NCBI GenBank assembly: GCA_963719315.1
Contig: CAVRBU010000001.1
Span: 352,001-416,000, forward strand
DNA length: 64,000 nt
Source: an uncultured Planctomycetota bacterium
GTDB taxonomy: Bacteria; Planctomycetota; Planctomycetia; Pirellulales; Lacipirellulaceae
Reading direction: 5' to 3'
Below the pieces are notes generated by a model. It made no database searches. It was not told where the DNA came from and saw only the letters and a list, made by a program, of their open reading frames with translations. Positions 1 through 10,933 of this stretch are shown here, piece by piece (positions within the stretch are counted from its first letter, which is position 1; every line of letters starts with the position of its first letter). Both the position numbers and the translations under genes were made by a program.

Positions 1-523
1 TCGCGTCAAAAGCACCCGCCGGAGCTATGTACCAAAGCGAAGGGAGGGCCAAGATCGGCATCCAGCCCAACGCGAGGTATGTCTTCACAGGAACCGCGTG
101 AACCTGATGTGCGAAGAACACCTTGGCCACGAAGCCCGTTAGCGCGACCATCCACATTGCAGCCATGAGCACGTCCCACTGCCAGCCGTGCAGGTAGGCG
201 ACCGCATAGGGAGTGTAAGTTCCCGCGATCAGTAGATAGATGAACGCTTGGTCGAGCTGCCGGAACAAACACTTTGAGCGGAACAACGTCGGGCTGTGCG
301 ACAGCGTGCTCATCGCGTACACCGCCATAAGGCTCATCAGATACAGAGCACAACCGATGATAAGCTGCGTGTTGCCCACTGCCCTCACGCTGGACATCAT
401 CACGATCGACCCGGCCACGGCGATGGCGAAGCCCAAGCCGTGCGTTACGGCGTTAACGAACTCTTCCTCGGAAGAACGACGCCACGTGGGATACTCTTGA
501 CGTAGTTGGGCAATCTGTTCCAT
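1..523 (-). CDS. Hemolysin III / PAQR family membrane protein (3' end runs off the window)
   Basis: Not in the ORF track. Manual translation from ATG 523 (GGAG RBS upstream) gives MEQIAQ...EEFVNAVTHGLG...STLSHS...FRQLDQAFIYLLIAGTYTPY, the HlyIII family signature. Confidence 0.9.
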   Translation of the reverse strand, partial: MEQIAQLRQEYPTWRRSSEEEFVNAVTHGLGFAIAVAGSIVMMSSVRAVGNTQLIIGCALYLMSLMAVYAMSTLSHSPTLFRSKCLFRQLDQAFIYLLIAGTYTPYAVAYLHGWQWDVLMAAMWMVALTGFVAKVFFAHQVHAVPVKTYLALGWMPILALPSLWYIAPAGAFDA

Positions 524-723
524 CTACAACTCCGTGGGCCCAATTTGGCCCAAAATCGATTGGTAGTAAGCGGAGACGAGTTCACTTTGCTTTTCGACTT
601 TTAGTCTGCCGGATGTGCCAACATTAATTCCTGGGCCATGGACCCCACTTCATCGGCAAGGTTTATGCAACCATAATTGGGATCGCATTTCCTGATGGGG
701 GAACGGAAAAATGTTCCGATCAA

Positions 724-2037
724 TTGCATTCAACAAAAGTAAAGGTTGCTAGCTGCGTGGCGGACGGAACTTTCGACGTGATTGTGGTCGGCGCCGGGGC
801 GGCCGGGCTGTTGGCCGCGACGCGGAGCGCCGAGCGGGGCCGCCGCACGCTGCTGGTGGAAAAGAACCGCAAGCCGGGCGTGAAAATACTGATGTCCGGC
901 GGCACGCGTTGCAATATCACGCACGATTGCGGCGCGGCCGGCATCATCGCGGCATTTGGCTCGGCGGGGCCGTTTCTTCACTCGCCGCTGGCAGCGTTAG
1001 GGCCCGCCGATTTGATCGCGCTATTCGAGGCGGAGGGGCTGGCAATCAAGGTCGAGTCGGGGGGCAAAATCTTTCCGCGAAGCGATCGGGCGACCAACGT
1101 CCTCAACGCACTGATGGGCCGCTTGCATCGCAGTGGAACCGAATTGGCTCTCGATGAGCCCGTGACAAGCGTCGTTCGTCACCCAGATGGGTTTCAAATT
1201 GAGACTGCCCGGCGCCTGTTATCGTGCGAAAAACTGATTGTCACCACCGGCGGCAAGAGCTATCCAGGCTGCGGAACGATCGGCGACGGTTACCGCTGGC
1301 TGGCCGAACTTGGGCACACGATCCGTCGCCCCCGCCCTGCCCTGGTGCCACTTACAAGCGACGATGCGTGGATCCATGAATTGTCGGGTGTTACGATACC
1401 CGACGTGCAATTGCGCGTGGTCGACCCGGCAGTTGAAGAACCGGCCAAGGGCAAGCAACGTCGAAGCGCGTTGCCGGCTGGGGTGTTGATCGAACGGCGT
1501 GGTTCCGTGCTCTTTACGCACTTCGGCTTGTCCGGCCCGGCGGTGTTGGATGTGAGCCGCGCCGTCACCGCGGCGACGAATCCCCGCCAATTGAAGTTGA
1601 TGGCGGACTTCTTACCATCGCACGCCGCAAAAGTATATGAACAGCGGCTACGAGACCACGCTTCCGCAGAGGGGAAGCGTTTCGTCGTCGGGATGGTCTC
1701 CAACGTTTTGCCACGCCGATTGGTCGAAGCTCTGTTCCACCGGGCATTGCTGCCGCTCGATCGCCGCGTGGCGGAACTCTCCGCAGTCGAAAGTAGCCGA
1801 TTGATCGAACAACTCAAGCGGTGTGAGATCCAAGTGACCGGCAGCCGCGGCTTCGAAAAGGCGGAAGTCACCGCGGGTGGCGTGGCCCTCGATGAAGTCG
1901 ATTCCCGCACGATGGAAAGCAAATTGGCGCCGGGCCTGTTTCTTGCCGGCGAAATTCTTGATCTCGACGGCTTCATCGGAGGCTACAACTTTCAGGCCGC
2001 GTTCAGCACGGGGTGGGTCGCGGGAGAGAGTGTATGA
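724..2037 (+). CDS. NAD(P)/FAD-dependent oxidoreductase, HI0933/YhiN (BaiN) family; likely start GTG 757
   Basis: Motifs VVGAGAAGL, KILMSGGTRCNITH, TTGGKSYP, LFTHFGLSGP, VTAGGV and GEILDLDGFIGGYNFQAAFSTG. Confidence 0.93.
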   Translation: MHSTKVKVASCVADGTFDVIVVGAGAAGLLAATRSAERGRRTLLVEKNRKPGVKILMSGGTRCNITHDCGAAGIIAAFGSAGPFLHSPLAALGPADLIALFEAEGLAIKVESGGKIFPRSDRATNVLNALMGRLHRSGTELALDEPVTSVVRHPDGFQIETARRLLSCEKLIVTTGGKSYPGCGTIGDGYRWLAELGHTIRRPRPALVPLTSDDAWIHELSGVTIPDVQLRVVDPAVEEPAKGKQRRSALPAGVLIERRGSVLFTHFGLSGPAVLDVSRAVTAATNPRQLKLMADFLPSHAAKVYEQRLRDHASAEGKRFVVGMVSNVLPRRLVEALFHRALLPLDRRVAELSAVESSRLIEQLKRCEIQVTGSRGFEKAEVTAGGVALDEVDSRTMESKLAPGLFLAGEILDLDGFIGGYNFQAAFSTGWVAGESV

Positions 2038-2060
2038 CCGCTCGGTTGAAACCTGCAGCG

Positions 2061-3617
2061 TTATCCTGATTGCCCGAAAATTGCTGGCAGCAGTGCCCAG
2101 CAAAACAGCGTGACAACCACCGCGCCCACAAGGTTCAGGACGAATCCAGCGCGGATCATGTGGCGAATTCGCACGTGGCCCGTGCCGTACACGATGGCGT
2201 TGGGCGGCGTGCCCACCGGCATCATGAAGGCCAGGCTGTTGGAAAACGTAGCGGGGACCATCAACAACGCGGGATTCATTCCGTTGGCCTTAGCCACGGC
2301 GGCGAGAATCGGCATCAGGACGTTCGACGTTGCTGTGTTGCTCGTGAACTCGGACAGAAATGTGACGAAAAAACAGAGCGTGGCAAGGATCGCGAGCGTA
2401 GGCCAATCCTGAAGCCGCTGAAATTTGCTGCCGATGACCTCCGACAACCCCGAGACCTCAAACGCGGTGGCGATCGCGATGCCGCCGCCAAACAAGATCA
2501 AGACGCCCCATGAAATTTGCTTGGCGATCGGCCAATCGAGTAAGCAGCCGCCGTGCTCGTCGTCGCCGCTTGGAATCATGAAAAGTGCGACAGCCCCGGC
2601 CACGGCCACCATCATGTCATGTGAGTGCGCCACGTGCAGCCATTCGGACCAGCCTCCGAAGGGGATTGCGCGGGTGATCCAACCCAGGCTGACGAGGCCG
2701 AACACTGCGAGCGTGCGTTTTTGCGGCGTGGTCCATTTTTCGTTCGTCGCGAAGTGAATGGGTTCAACTTCGCCCAGTCGAAACGTGAGCAATAGCCACG
2801 CCGCAACCAGCATGATGAGCGCGATCGGCACGCCGAGCAGCATCCATTGGTGGAACGGCACGGTGGTGCCGGTCGCCTTTTCGAATACGCCGATGAAGAC
2901 CCCGTTCGGGGGCGAACCCACGGGCGTCGCGATGCCGCCGATACTCGCGCTGTAGGCAACCCCCAGCAGCAACGGAACGGCAAGTTTACCCGACTTGTCG
3001 CGTTCCAATATAGCCAACGCCACCGGCAGCATCATGAGCGCCGTCGCGGTATTGGAAATCCACATGCTGACGAGTGTAGTCGCGAGCATGATGCCGAACA
3101 CGACACCGCGGCCGCTGGAGGCGCCCACCAGGGCGACCGTCCATTGGGCGATACGGCGGTGCGCTCCCCAGTGCTCGACCGCCTTCGAAATCATGAAGCC
3201 GCCCAAAAACAACAGGATAAGGGGGTCACTATAGGAAGCGGCCGCCTTCTCCACAGTGAGCACGCCGGTCAGCGGAAGAATTACCAAGGGCACGAGCGAA
3301 GTAGCGGCCAGCGGTAGCGATTCGAACACCCACCAGCAAGCGCAAAGCGCGGTGACTGCCGCGGTCCAGCATTGTTCGCGCGATGCCTGCCCTGCTTGCA
3401 TCGCGAAGAATACGGCTGCGGCGACGATCAACCCCACAGCGCTCGACCAAAACCGCGCGGTTGGCGGCATCGATACGTATACCCACCAACCAACGCAAAG
3501 CGTTGCGCCGGCGCCCATCCAGCATTGCGCTGTCGAGGCATCGGCTTGCCGCATGAGGGCGAACATCGCGGCGGCAACCAGGATGCCGGCGATGATGGAC
3601 CAATTGCGGGTAGCCAT
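2061..3617 (-). CDS. SLC13/DASS family sodium:sulfate/dicarboxylate symporter
   Basis: Multi-TM protein with SMWISNTAT, IGGIATPVGSPPN, EFTSNTAT and AFMMPVGTPPNAIVY. Confidence 0.92.
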   Translation of the reverse strand: MATRNWSIIAGILVAAAMFALMRQADASTAQCWMGAGATLCVGWWVYVSMPPTARFWSSAVGLIVAAAVFFAMQAGQASREQCWTAAVTALCACWWVFESLPLAATSLVPLVILPLTGVLTVEKAAASYSDPLILLFLGGFMISKAVEHWGAHRRIAQWTVALVGASSGRGVVFGIMLATTLVSMWISNTATALMMLPVALAILERDKSGKLAVPLLLGVAYSASIGGIATPVGSPPNGVFIGVFEKATGTTVPFHQWMLLGVPIALIMLVAAWLLLTFRLGEVEPIHFATNEKWTTPQKRTLAVFGLVSLGWITRAIPFGGWSEWLHVAHSHDMMVAVAGAVALFMIPSGDDEHGGCLLDWPIAKQISWGVLILFGGGIAIATAFEVSGLSEVIGSKFQRLQDWPTLAILATLCFFVTFLSEFTSNTATSNVLMPILAAVAKANGMNPALLMVPATFSNSLAFMMPVGTPPNAIVYGTGHVRIRHMIRAGFVLNLVGAVVVTLFCWALLPAIFGQSG

Positions 3618-3636
3618 AGTGAACCTGATGAACGCG

Positions 3637-4653
3637 TTAACGACTGGACTCAGATCCGCCCGCGTTTTGGAGTGCCGGCTCCGCTTCTACCGCCGTCGAG
3701 GTTTTGGCCGGGTGCTTTTGCTGTAACCAGTCTGCGACGAGCGTGTCGACTACGAGTTGGGCTGCATGGTATGCGACCATCGGCACGATGGCCAGTGGCC
3801 CGATAGAGGCGGCCAGATACGCGCCGACCATGAGCGTTTTCTGACTGCCGGCGAACGAGACGGCAATCGCATCGCCGCGCTGGAAACGGAGCAAGCCTGC
3901 CAGGCCCGCGCCAAACAGCAGCAACGTGATGTGAATCGCCGTGACCAGGGCAATCATCGTCGCCACATTCGCGGCCGAGAGCAGCGTGGAGTTTTCGACC
4001 AACTGCAACTTTTCTCCACATCCGACCGCGCCGACAAAGACCATCAACAGCACGCCGCATTGGGCCAACCGGCTGAGAAGCTGCCGGTACGCGGTGGCCG
4101 AGCTACCGACCGGGCGCCACTGCCGCAGGCATTGGGCGACGATGATCGGCAGCACGACAAAGAGCAGCAGCGAATTGAAGATTTGGTGGAAGTCAACGTC
4201 GGTCCGCACGCCAATGAGCAGCCGCAACCAGGCGGGCACCACGATGAAGCAGGTCAAATTCGTGATCATCGTCACGAGAAAGGCGACGGCATCATTGCCG
4301 CCGGCCCGGCGAGTCCACACGGCCGCGGTGGCCAGTGTGCAGGGAACGGTCGTCGCCAGAACGACACCGATGGCAAGTTCCGGCGGCAACGCGAAGCTCG
4401 CGAGCCAGCCGAGCGGCGGCGCCGCACAACTGTTAATCGCCGCGCCCAGCCAGGCCGGTCCCGGACGGCGAACCACGCCGAAGAGGACCCTCGTTTCCAA
4501 CGGCAAGGCCATAAGAAACGTCACGCAGGCGACGAGGGCTTGACTTGGCAGCCAATTTGCAAGCGGTCGCGTGGCGCTTGGCCAACCGATGCCCGCCACT
4601 AGCACACCGACAAGAGCCAGCAGAAACGAACGCTGACGGATAAAGGCGAGCAT
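3637..4653 (-). CDS. Bile acid:sodium symporter family (SBF-like) protein
   Basis: About 10 TM segments; VPCTLATAAVWTRRAGGN and FAGSQKTL motifs. Confidence 0.85.
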   Translation of the reverse strand: MLAFIRQRSFLLALVGVLVAGIGWPSATRPLANWLPSQALVACVTFLMALPLETRVLFGVVRRPGPAWLGAAINSCAAPPLGWLASFALPPELAIGVVLATTVPCTLATAAVWTRRAGGNDAVAFLVTMITNLTCFIVVPAWLRLLIGVRTDVDFHQIFNSLLLFVVLPIIVAQCLRQWRPVGSSATAYRQLLSRLAQCGVLLMVFVGAVGCGEKLQLVENSTLLSAANVATMIALVTAIHITLLLFGAGLAGLLRFQRGDAIAVSFAGSQKTLMVGAYLAASIGPLAIVPMVAYHAAQLVVDTLVADWLQQKHPAKTSTAVEAEPALQNAGGSESSR

Positions 4654-4701
4654 GGGCGATTTTTGGAGTTCAGTGTTGCCTTAGCACGCTAAGAATGTAC
4701 G

Positions 4702-4755
4702 AACAGGAAGATACGAGCGACATCAATTCTCTGTTTCCTCAATTTCCTCCTGTTT
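4702..4755. repeat. Degenerate 9-mer repeat (CTCTGTTTC CTCAATTTC CTCCTGTTT) with a short inverted arm AACAGGA
   Basis: Read directly in the intergenic sequence. Confidence 0.45.
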
Positions 4756-4762
4756 ACAAATA

Positions 4763-6898
4763 TCATTCTTCGAGCTTCGGTCTATTTGAGCTTTTCGGTC
4801 GCGATTTGAGTTCGCGGGCGCGAATCTTGTTGCCGTGCTGTTGAGGCGAAGCGTCTTTTTCCAAGAGCGGGATCGCTTCGTCGAACTTCTGCCCAGCCTC
4901 CAGGCTGCGAGCGAGGTTGTAATCCGCCCCGAATTTCCAGTCGGAGCTTTCTTTGCGAAGCTCGGGCCGGCGAAACCAATCGGCGGCCACGTCGAAATTG
5001 CCGTCGTCGTAGGACATCGAACCCAACCAATAAGTAGCGTTCAGTTTTGCCTCGGCGTCGACGCGTTGCTCGTCCTCGGACGCCTTCTCGGCGATCACGC
5101 GATCGGTCGGGCGCACCGATTTGCTCATGTACAGGCGGGCGGCTTCCTGATGGTCGTCGAGCACTTCGTCGCCCGGCTTATTGGCCTCTTTCCGTCGGCC
5201 TTGGAAGTGACGGGTCCGGGCTTTCCACAGCGCCGGCCGCACCGCAAATGGCTCAAATGCCAGCGCCTCGCGGTGGCGGGCCGCTTTGCCGAGCTCCAGT
5301 CGATCGCGGAGCGAGGCGAAGGGCACATCCCACAGCCCAACGTCGCCCACCCCGGTGACATTCTTGAGCCGCTCCGCCAATTCGCTGGGCTTCACCGCCA
5401 GCGACAAGTGATCGTCGCCCGTTAGCATGGGGTCCAACTGGCTGGCCCGGCGCGAAAGCTCGAACGGATCGGCTACAATGAACGCCTTCACGTTCTTGAG
5501 CTGCTCGGCGGTCACTGGGTAAGGCGCGCCTTCGAGATCGAGTTTGCGCAACAGGCCGTCGTCCTTTTGAACCTGTTCGAGCGTGGCCACGCCATTGCCG
5601 TCGGGGCCGGGAATGGGCAGGCCAAGCTGCGTGTCGAACAAGTACAGTTGTCCATTGGCGAGGAGCGCGGGCAGCCAACGCATCTTTGCTGAAGCCGTTG
5701 CTCCTATTTCATCGGCCTCTTTGGCGGGCGGAACGCCGAGCATGACCACGTTGAGGCCCTGCTGGCGGCACAACAGCGCGAACACCCAGGCCCGCTGGGC
5801 CGCAGTGCCCCGCCCGTAAATCAGAACGTGCCACGGGCGGTGAGGAGTCGCGTCGGCGTCGGCTTCAAGTTGTATATTGCGGACGGTCCAATCGAAAAGT
5901 GCGGCGGCCCGGCCGACGTCGTCGAAGCTATCGCCGTGCGCCCAGCGAGCAATATCGCGGAGCCAGACCGCTTCTTGTAGTATTCGGCCGTCGTTCGCCT
6001 GGAACGAATTCGCGGCGAGCGCCTCGGCCGAAATATACGGCTTCAATTGCGGATCGTTCGCCAGATCGACGGCGAGCGTGTCCAACAATGCGTCGCGTTT
6101 CCAAGTCGAGTGCGGATCGCTTTGCCGGATCCACTGATTCAGCCACGCCAAAATCTGAACCACCACCTGCTCATCCGGCGCCGGTTCCCACGCCAGGGGC
6201 GGAAGTCGCCGCGTATCGTACCGTACGAGTTTTTCATTGATCTCTTTCTGACGAGTGTCGACGAACCGCCATATCTCAATCTTGGCCGGGAACTCGACGG
6301 CCCGATTCAGCCCGGTTTCGATGAGCAACGTGTTGTCGTCAATCACTTGGGCAATTGTCAGGTCCATCGCCACTTGGCGCGACAGGCCGAGGCGTTGACT
6401 ATCTTCATCCACCGTCTGGTCTTGCCGCACGAAGTATTTGAGGAGGTCGCCCGGGCGCACTCCGATACTCTTGAAGCGGCCATTGCCGGTCGGCGCGTGA
6501 ATCACGTTGATCGGGCTATCCGGAACATTTGGGTTCGCAACGCAAACGGCGTACACGTCCTGGTGGTCGGAACTCTTACGGGAATCGAGGACGACCATCG
6601 GCGGGCGAAGTTCGGTATCGACGGCCGAGGGCAAATCGTTCAATTGATTGGCAGCCGCCTTGAGCAGGGCGTCCGCCCGATCGGCTTGCCGCAGTTGGGA
6701 CTGCTGAGATTGCTTGACGGAGGCGACCGACATTTCGTGGTGGCAGCCAGTAAAGGTTCCCGCCAGAAACATCATGGCGAAACCAAGCAACGGAGCAGAT
6801 TGCCAATTTTGGAATGCGGATTGCGGATTGCGGATTGCGGAGGCAGCACTGGATCGTTGCTCGCCAAGTGGGCGCGAAATGGGTATGGAGAATTTCAA
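4763..6898 (-). CDS. Conserved hypothetical, probably exported lipoprotein with a transglutaminase-like core and C-terminal TPR-like helices; start uncertain
   Basis: Long ORF overlapping the kdsA stop codon; lipobox-like [16 protein letters not shown]...[21 protein letters not shown]-terminal ATYWLG / [13 protein letters not shown]-like repeats. Confidence 0.7.
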   Translation of the reverse strand: MKFSIPISRPLGEQRSSAASAIRNPQSAFQNWQSAPLLGFAMMFLAGTFTGCHHEMSVASVKQSQQSQLRQADRADALLKAAANQLNDLPSAVDTELRPPMVVLDSRKSSDHQDVYAVCVANPNVPDSPINVIHAPTGNGRFKSIGVRPGDLLKYFVRQDQTVDEDSQRLGLSRQVAMDLTIAQVIDDNTLLIETGLNRAVEFPAKIEIWRFVDTRQKEINEKLVRYDTRRLPPLAWEPAPDEQVVVQILAWLNQWIRQSDPHSTWKRDALLDTLAVDLANDPQLKPYISAEALAANSFQANDGRILQEAVWLRDIARWAHGDSFDDVGRAAALFDWTVRNIQLEADADATPHRPWHVLIYGRGTAAQRAWVFALLCRQQGLNVVMLGVPPAKEADEIGATASAKMRWLPALLANGQLYLFDTQLGLPIPGPDGNGVATLEQVQKDDGLLRKLDLEGAPYPVTAEQLKNVKAFIVADPFELSRRASQLDPMLTGDDHLSLAVKPSELAERLKNVTGVGDVGLWDVPFASLRDRLELGKAARHREALAFEPFAVRPALWKARTRHFQGRRKEANKPGDEVLDDHQEAARLYMSKSVRPTDRVIAEKASEDEQRVDAEAKLNATYWLGSMSYDDGNFDVAADWFRRPELRKESSDWKFGADYNLARSLEAGQKFDEAIPLLEKDASPQQHGNKIRARELKSRPKSSNRPKLEE
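6811..6841. repeat. Tandem 7-mer array (GGATTGC)n inside the 5' end of the ORF, encoding [10 protein letters not shown]
   Basis: GGAATGC GGATTGC GGATTGC GGATTGC GGA. Confidence 0.85.
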
Positions 6899-7746
6899 TA
6901 TTTCGCTCCCACAGGCGGATCGAGCTGGCCGATCATGGTGCGAATCTCCAGTAACCGGCGCAGGAATGGTGCGAATTCGTCTAACGGAATCATGTTCGGC
7001 CCGTCGCTTGGCGAGCGGTCGGGATCGGGATGAGTTTCACAAAACAAGCCGTCGGCGCCGATCGCCATGGCGGCCCTGGCCAGGGGTTCGACCATCGCAC
7101 GGTTGCCGCCCGTGGCCGAGCCTAGTCCGCCCGGTTCCTGTACGCTGTGCGTGGCGTCGAAGATCACGGGCACGCCCAGGGATTGCATCTGCGGAATGGC
7201 CCGCATATCGTTCACGAGCCGTCCGTAGCCGAAAAACGTCCCCCGTTCGGCGAGCAGAATGTTTTGGCAGCCATTGGCGAATAATTTTTCGACCACGTGC
7301 CGCATATCGGTCGGAGCCATGAATTGGCCCTTCTTGACGTGGACCGCCCGACCGGTTTGGGCTGCCGCTACCAGCAGGTCGGTTTGGCGCGCCAGAAACG
7401 CGGGCACTTGAAGCAGCGTACATACCTCGCCGACGACGGCCGCCTGTTGCGATTCGTGGATATCGGTTGTGACGGGCAGTCCGGTCGCCGTAGCGACCTT
7501 GTTTAGAACCTTTAGGCCTGCTTCCAATCCGACGCCGCGGAACGCGCTCTGGCTCGTGCGATTGGCCTTGTCGAACGACGCTTTGAATACGAGCTGAACC
7601 GGCAGATCCCGTGTTTCCGTGGCAAGCCGCTCGGCAATCGAAAGCGTCAGTGCCTCGCTCTCGATGACGCACGGCCCGGCGATGACGAGCAGCTTTTCGC
7701 CGCGGCCGCAGCGATAGGGACCGACTTTGGCGGGGTAGTTGGGCAC
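6895..7746 (-). CDS. kdsA: 3-deoxy-8-phosphooctulonate (KDO-8P) synthase
   Basis: [44 protein letters not shown] and [12 protein letters not shown]. Confidence 0.97.
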   Translation of the reverse strand: MPNYPAKVGPYRCGRGEKLLVIAGPCVIESEALTLSIAERLATETRDLPVQLVFKASFDKANRTSQSAFRGVGLEAGLKVLNKVATATGLPVTTDIHESQQAAVVGEVCTLLQVPAFLARQTDLLVAAAQTGRAVHVKKGQFMAPTDMRHVVEKLFANGCQNILLAERGTFFGYGRLVNDMRAIPQMQSLGVPVIFDATHSVQEPGGLGSATGGNRAMVEPLARAAMAIGADGLFCETHPDPDRSPSDGPNMIPLDEFAPFLRRLLEIRTMIGQLDPPVGAKY

Positions 7747-7795
7747 GCTGGATTCCCGTTGTCACCTGAAACGTCAGGCGGAAGCCTGACCTACG

Positions 7796-8794
7796 TTAGT
7801 CGTTTGGCACCAATAGGCCGAGCCGTCGGGCAGCGTCCGTCGAAACCATTAACCGCAATTTGCCAGGCAGGACTTCGACATCCACCGGCAAAGTGCCGGC
7901 GTAATCGCCGTCCAGTTGGTAGGGGATCGTCGCGCCGTTGGCCGCTTCCAAGCGAAATCGCCGCGATAGTCGCAGCCCTGCATCCGGCAGCTTAAGGTGC
8001 AATCGTCGCACGACGTGCCACAAATATCGGGCAATGCTCCACACCGCGCCGCGCTCGAATGTGCACACGTCTAGCAGTCCGTCGGTCGCCACCGCATGCG
8101 GCGCAATGGGCAGACCCAAGGCGTACAGCGGCAGATTAAACCCAAACATCCAGCGGCACGTGAGCGATTCGCCGCCCGCCGTTTCGGCCGTGTCCCAGTA
8201 TATCCGCATCGGTGGGTACCCGTAACGCCGGATCGCGTGTAGCGTCGGGCGAAAATAGGCCAAGTGGCTGATATTTCCGCGACGATTCTCATGTAAGTGG
8301 CGAATGACCTCGGCATCGAAGCCTGCGCTAATCATCAGCAGAAAATACTTGCCTGCCGCCCGACCCAGGTCGAGCTCCACAACGACGCCGTGTTCCGCGA
8401 CTTTACAGACGGATTCAGGGTCGGTTCGCTGGATCACGTACCGGCCCAGCAGGTTTTCCGTGCCCATCGGTACTACCAGGAGCGGAATCTCCAGCGGCAC
8501 GTGATTGCGGACGATTGAGGCCGTGCCGTCGCCACCTACGGCGACAACCAAACGCAGATCGCCCTTATTCGATTCGTCTCGAGCGAGGCAGGCTAACTCG
8601 TCGAGACTCGCCGTGGTGCGGACTTGAAATCCCCTCTCTGTGAGCTTCGCGACAATCGCCTCGACGTGGCCGTGGCGCGCCCGCGACCCTGCTCGCGGGT
8701 TCATGCTTACTAGCACACCACGGCAATCCGGACTGGGTCGGAGGGCTGTTCGTTTGGTCGAAATACCCGTCTCAGGTTGAGATTGCACCGTCAT
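7796..8794 (-). CDS. Diacylglycerol/lipid kinase family protein (start chosen at ATG 8794)
   Basis: NPRAG, AVGGDGT, PMGTENLL, DLG, SAGFDAEV, DGLLDV and YQLDGD. Confidence 0.9.
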   Translation of the reverse strand: MTVQSQPETGISTKRTALRPSPDCRGVLVSMNPRAGSRARHGHVEAIVAKLTERGFQVRTTASLDELACLARDESNKGDLRLVVAVGGDGTASIVRNHVPLEIPLLVVPMGTENLLGRYVIQRTDPESVCKVAEHGVVVELDLGRAAGKYFLLMISAGFDAEVIRHLHENRRGNISHLAYFRPTLHAIRRYGYPPMRIYWDTAETAGGESLTCRWMFGFNLPLYALGLPIAPHAVATDGLLDVCTFERGAVWSIARYLWHVVRRLHLKLPDAGLRLSRRFRLEAANGATIPYQLDGDYAGTLPVDVEVLPGKLRLMVSTDAARRLGLLVPND

Positions 8795-9139
8795 GGCGTG
8801 GAAACGGCGGTTGTGCTGTAGGATCGTGCCTGCGGCCGCCTCGAGGCAGAAACTCATTGTAACGAGACGACTTACGGCGACGTAGTCGAATCGGAGTCTC
8901 ATTCTGATGCGCAGATCAGTATCACCAGTCGGGCTGAAACGGCCGTGCCAAGTTGCACCAGTTCGAGACAATTTGTGCTGTCAGATGCATTAACGTGCAT
9001 CGCAGTCGTGACTCCCATTCATGGGTCCAAGCGTTATGAAATCGATGTATCTTGCCGCTAATCGTCTCACGCTAAACGCAAATCGCAAAAGGACTTAAGG
9101 TGGATGCCGTTTGCGCCTTTCAACCTGCCTTATCTGCCA

Positions 9140-9155
9140 TTGGTATATCAACTGC
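9140..9155 (+). promoter_or_regulatory. Putative sigma54 (-24/-12) promoter
   Basis: TTGGTATATCAACTGC: GG-N10-GC in an intergenic region, pointing at a structured non-coding segment. Confidence 0.5.
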
Positions 9156-9166
9156 CGCATCACTTT

Positions 9167-9333
9167 GGCACGTCGATGAAGCGATCGAGGTCGAAATTGC
9201 TTCGCCGAAGACAATCTTGCTGGCCCGCGGGGCCTCGAATGCGAAGTGGCGTAGCGGTTGCCTTGCCCCTGACCGCTAGGTCGAGTCAATTTGTGATTGG
9301 CTCATTCGAGGCCCGCTTTTTTTGCGCGGGCCA
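9167..9333 (+). ncRNA. Candidate structured small RNA ending in a T7 tract
   Basis: Stems 9178-85/9196-203, 9230-40/9304-14, 9252-60/9270-78, 9283-90/9296-303 and 9221-29/9325-33; G-U pairs form only on the + strand; T7 at 9317-9323. Confidence 0.4.
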
Positions 9334-9386
9334 TCGAGAAAAGCCGTGGCTGGGGCGTCACCCCAGGCATCCGCTGGTTGCGAATT

Positions 9387-10019
9387 TCAAACGAGGTTCT
9401 TGCGGACCGCCCAAACGGCTGCTTGCGTGCGGTCTGAGACGCCGATTTTTCGCAGAATGTGCTGGACGTGTTCCTTCACCGTCTCGTAGCTGATCCCCAG
9501 CGATTGGGCGATTTCCTTGTTGGTAAGCCCGAACGCGAGTTGCTTCAACACTTCACTTTCGCGTTTGGTGAGCGGCACGTCGGCGTCAGACCCATTCCGC
9601 GGGGCGGCCAAGGCGCCCGTCACGCGCCGCAGTTCATCCCGCGACCAGATCGTATCGCCGCCCGCAGCCGCATGAACTGCATCGACAAGCTCCTTGCGGG
9701 TGACGCTCTTCAACAGATACCCCGACGCGCCTAACGCCACCGCGCGGGCGATGTAGGTTGGATTATCGTGCGAACTGAACATCAGCACGGGGATATCGAC
9801 CAGGTCGAGCTTGATTCGCGCGAGACAGTTCAGCCCGTCGCCGTCCGGCATTCGAACGTCCAACAGAACCAGATCGGGCCGGTGTTTGTTGGCCAGCTTG
9901 AAACCCGCTACGCCGTCCGACGCTTCGGCGACAACTCGAATATCCGTCCCTTGCAGTAGCGCTTTCAGGCCGGCGCGGACCACCTCGTGGTCGTCCACAA
10001 TCAATACATCGATTGCCAT
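9387..10019 (-). CDS. NarL/FixJ family response regulator (REC + LuxR HTH), orphan in this window
   Basis: VLIVDDH, LLDVRMP, GYLLK and LTKRESEVLKQLAFGLTNKEIA...TVKEHVQHILRK. Confidence 0.95.
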   Translation of the reverse strand: MAIDVLIVDDHEVVRAGLKALLQGTDIRVVAEASDGVAGFKLANKHRPDLVLLDVRMPDGDGLNCLARIKLDLVDIPVLMFSSHDNPTYIARAVALGASGYLLKSVTRKELVDAVHAAAGGDTIWSRDELRRVTGALAAPRNGSDADVPLTKRESEVLKQLAFGLTNKEIAQSLGISYETVKEHVQHILRKIGVSDRTQAAVWAVRKNLV

Positions 10020-10933
10020 TTCTAGAACACTCCTCGATAACGATCAGCTACAGTCTCAGTTTTCACCGGACTTATTAGGGCTGAGACTTACTTAAGTTAG
10101 GGCAAACCGGTATTCGCGAGGTGGAGATTACCGCCCGTGAAGGGCAATAGAGCCATACGATCGCGATTGCGATTAACAGCATCGGCGGACAAGGCGGCGG
10201 CTGAGCTTTGTGGAACCTACGCGTTGCTTTCCCAAAAGCTGCCGCGGCAGTCACTTCGCCTATATGAATAGTAGGTCGAAGTCGTATGGCAGCAACGGGG
10301 GACTTACGCATCCCTTGATCGGGTTAGCCCCCAATAACACGCGTACAAGCGAGCGGGAGAACCCGCACCGAAGAAGCTTCGCCAATTTTGAAAGGCCGCA
10401 AGGTTCCGTATTTTCAAGCGTTTTTTGAGCCGTAATGAAAATCAGTCTTCAATCCGTGGCTAGTAAAGTGAAACGTGGGACGGCCATCCAAGAAGGTAGT
10501 TTTTAGCGCCTCTTCCTCGAAGCGGAATCCGAATAATTGTAATAATCGCGAGACGACGAAATCTTGACCTGCAAGATCCGCGTAGTCGTCGAGCGGCATG
10601 GGGCAGAGTGCGACAGAGTGACGCTCAATTCTTTTCCTCCAATTGCGCGAAATGGGTTCGATCAGACCCACGAGTCCCATCGGCTTGTGCAGCCAGGCAG
10701 ATGCCGTGCTAGCACGTTTGCGATCCAACCAACTGTCGAACGGCTTATTCGTGCAAACTGATCTCAGTTATTCGATCCCTCGCGACCTCCGCCGATGCCG
10801 CCCATAACCCGCACTTTGTATCTCGTCGATGCACTCCGCTTTACTTGCGTTTCTCGATGCCGCATACTCACTCCCCGCATTTACGGATTCGAGCGAACGC
10901 CCATTTCCATAATCGAAAGGTGGACAACGCCCA

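Noticed and set aside
8936..8965. TGGCAC motifs near 8945 (-) and 9167 (+) as sigma54 promoters
   Set aside because: No GC at the -12 position with N10 spacing.
9252..9278. Minus-strand GGTCAGG...GCAACC resembling the SRP RNA core
   Set aside because: The apical helix with its GNRA loop is missing, and G-U pairs favour the other strand.
10099..10146. GGGCAAACC resembling the start of a c-di-GMP-I riboswitch
   Set aside because: Lacks the GAAA loop and GGGACGCAAAG elements, and is far from any + strand gene.
10414..10728. 104-aa minus-strand ORF in the long intergenic region
   Set aside because: No motif or clear RBS, so I cannot support it, although a small gene is not excluded.
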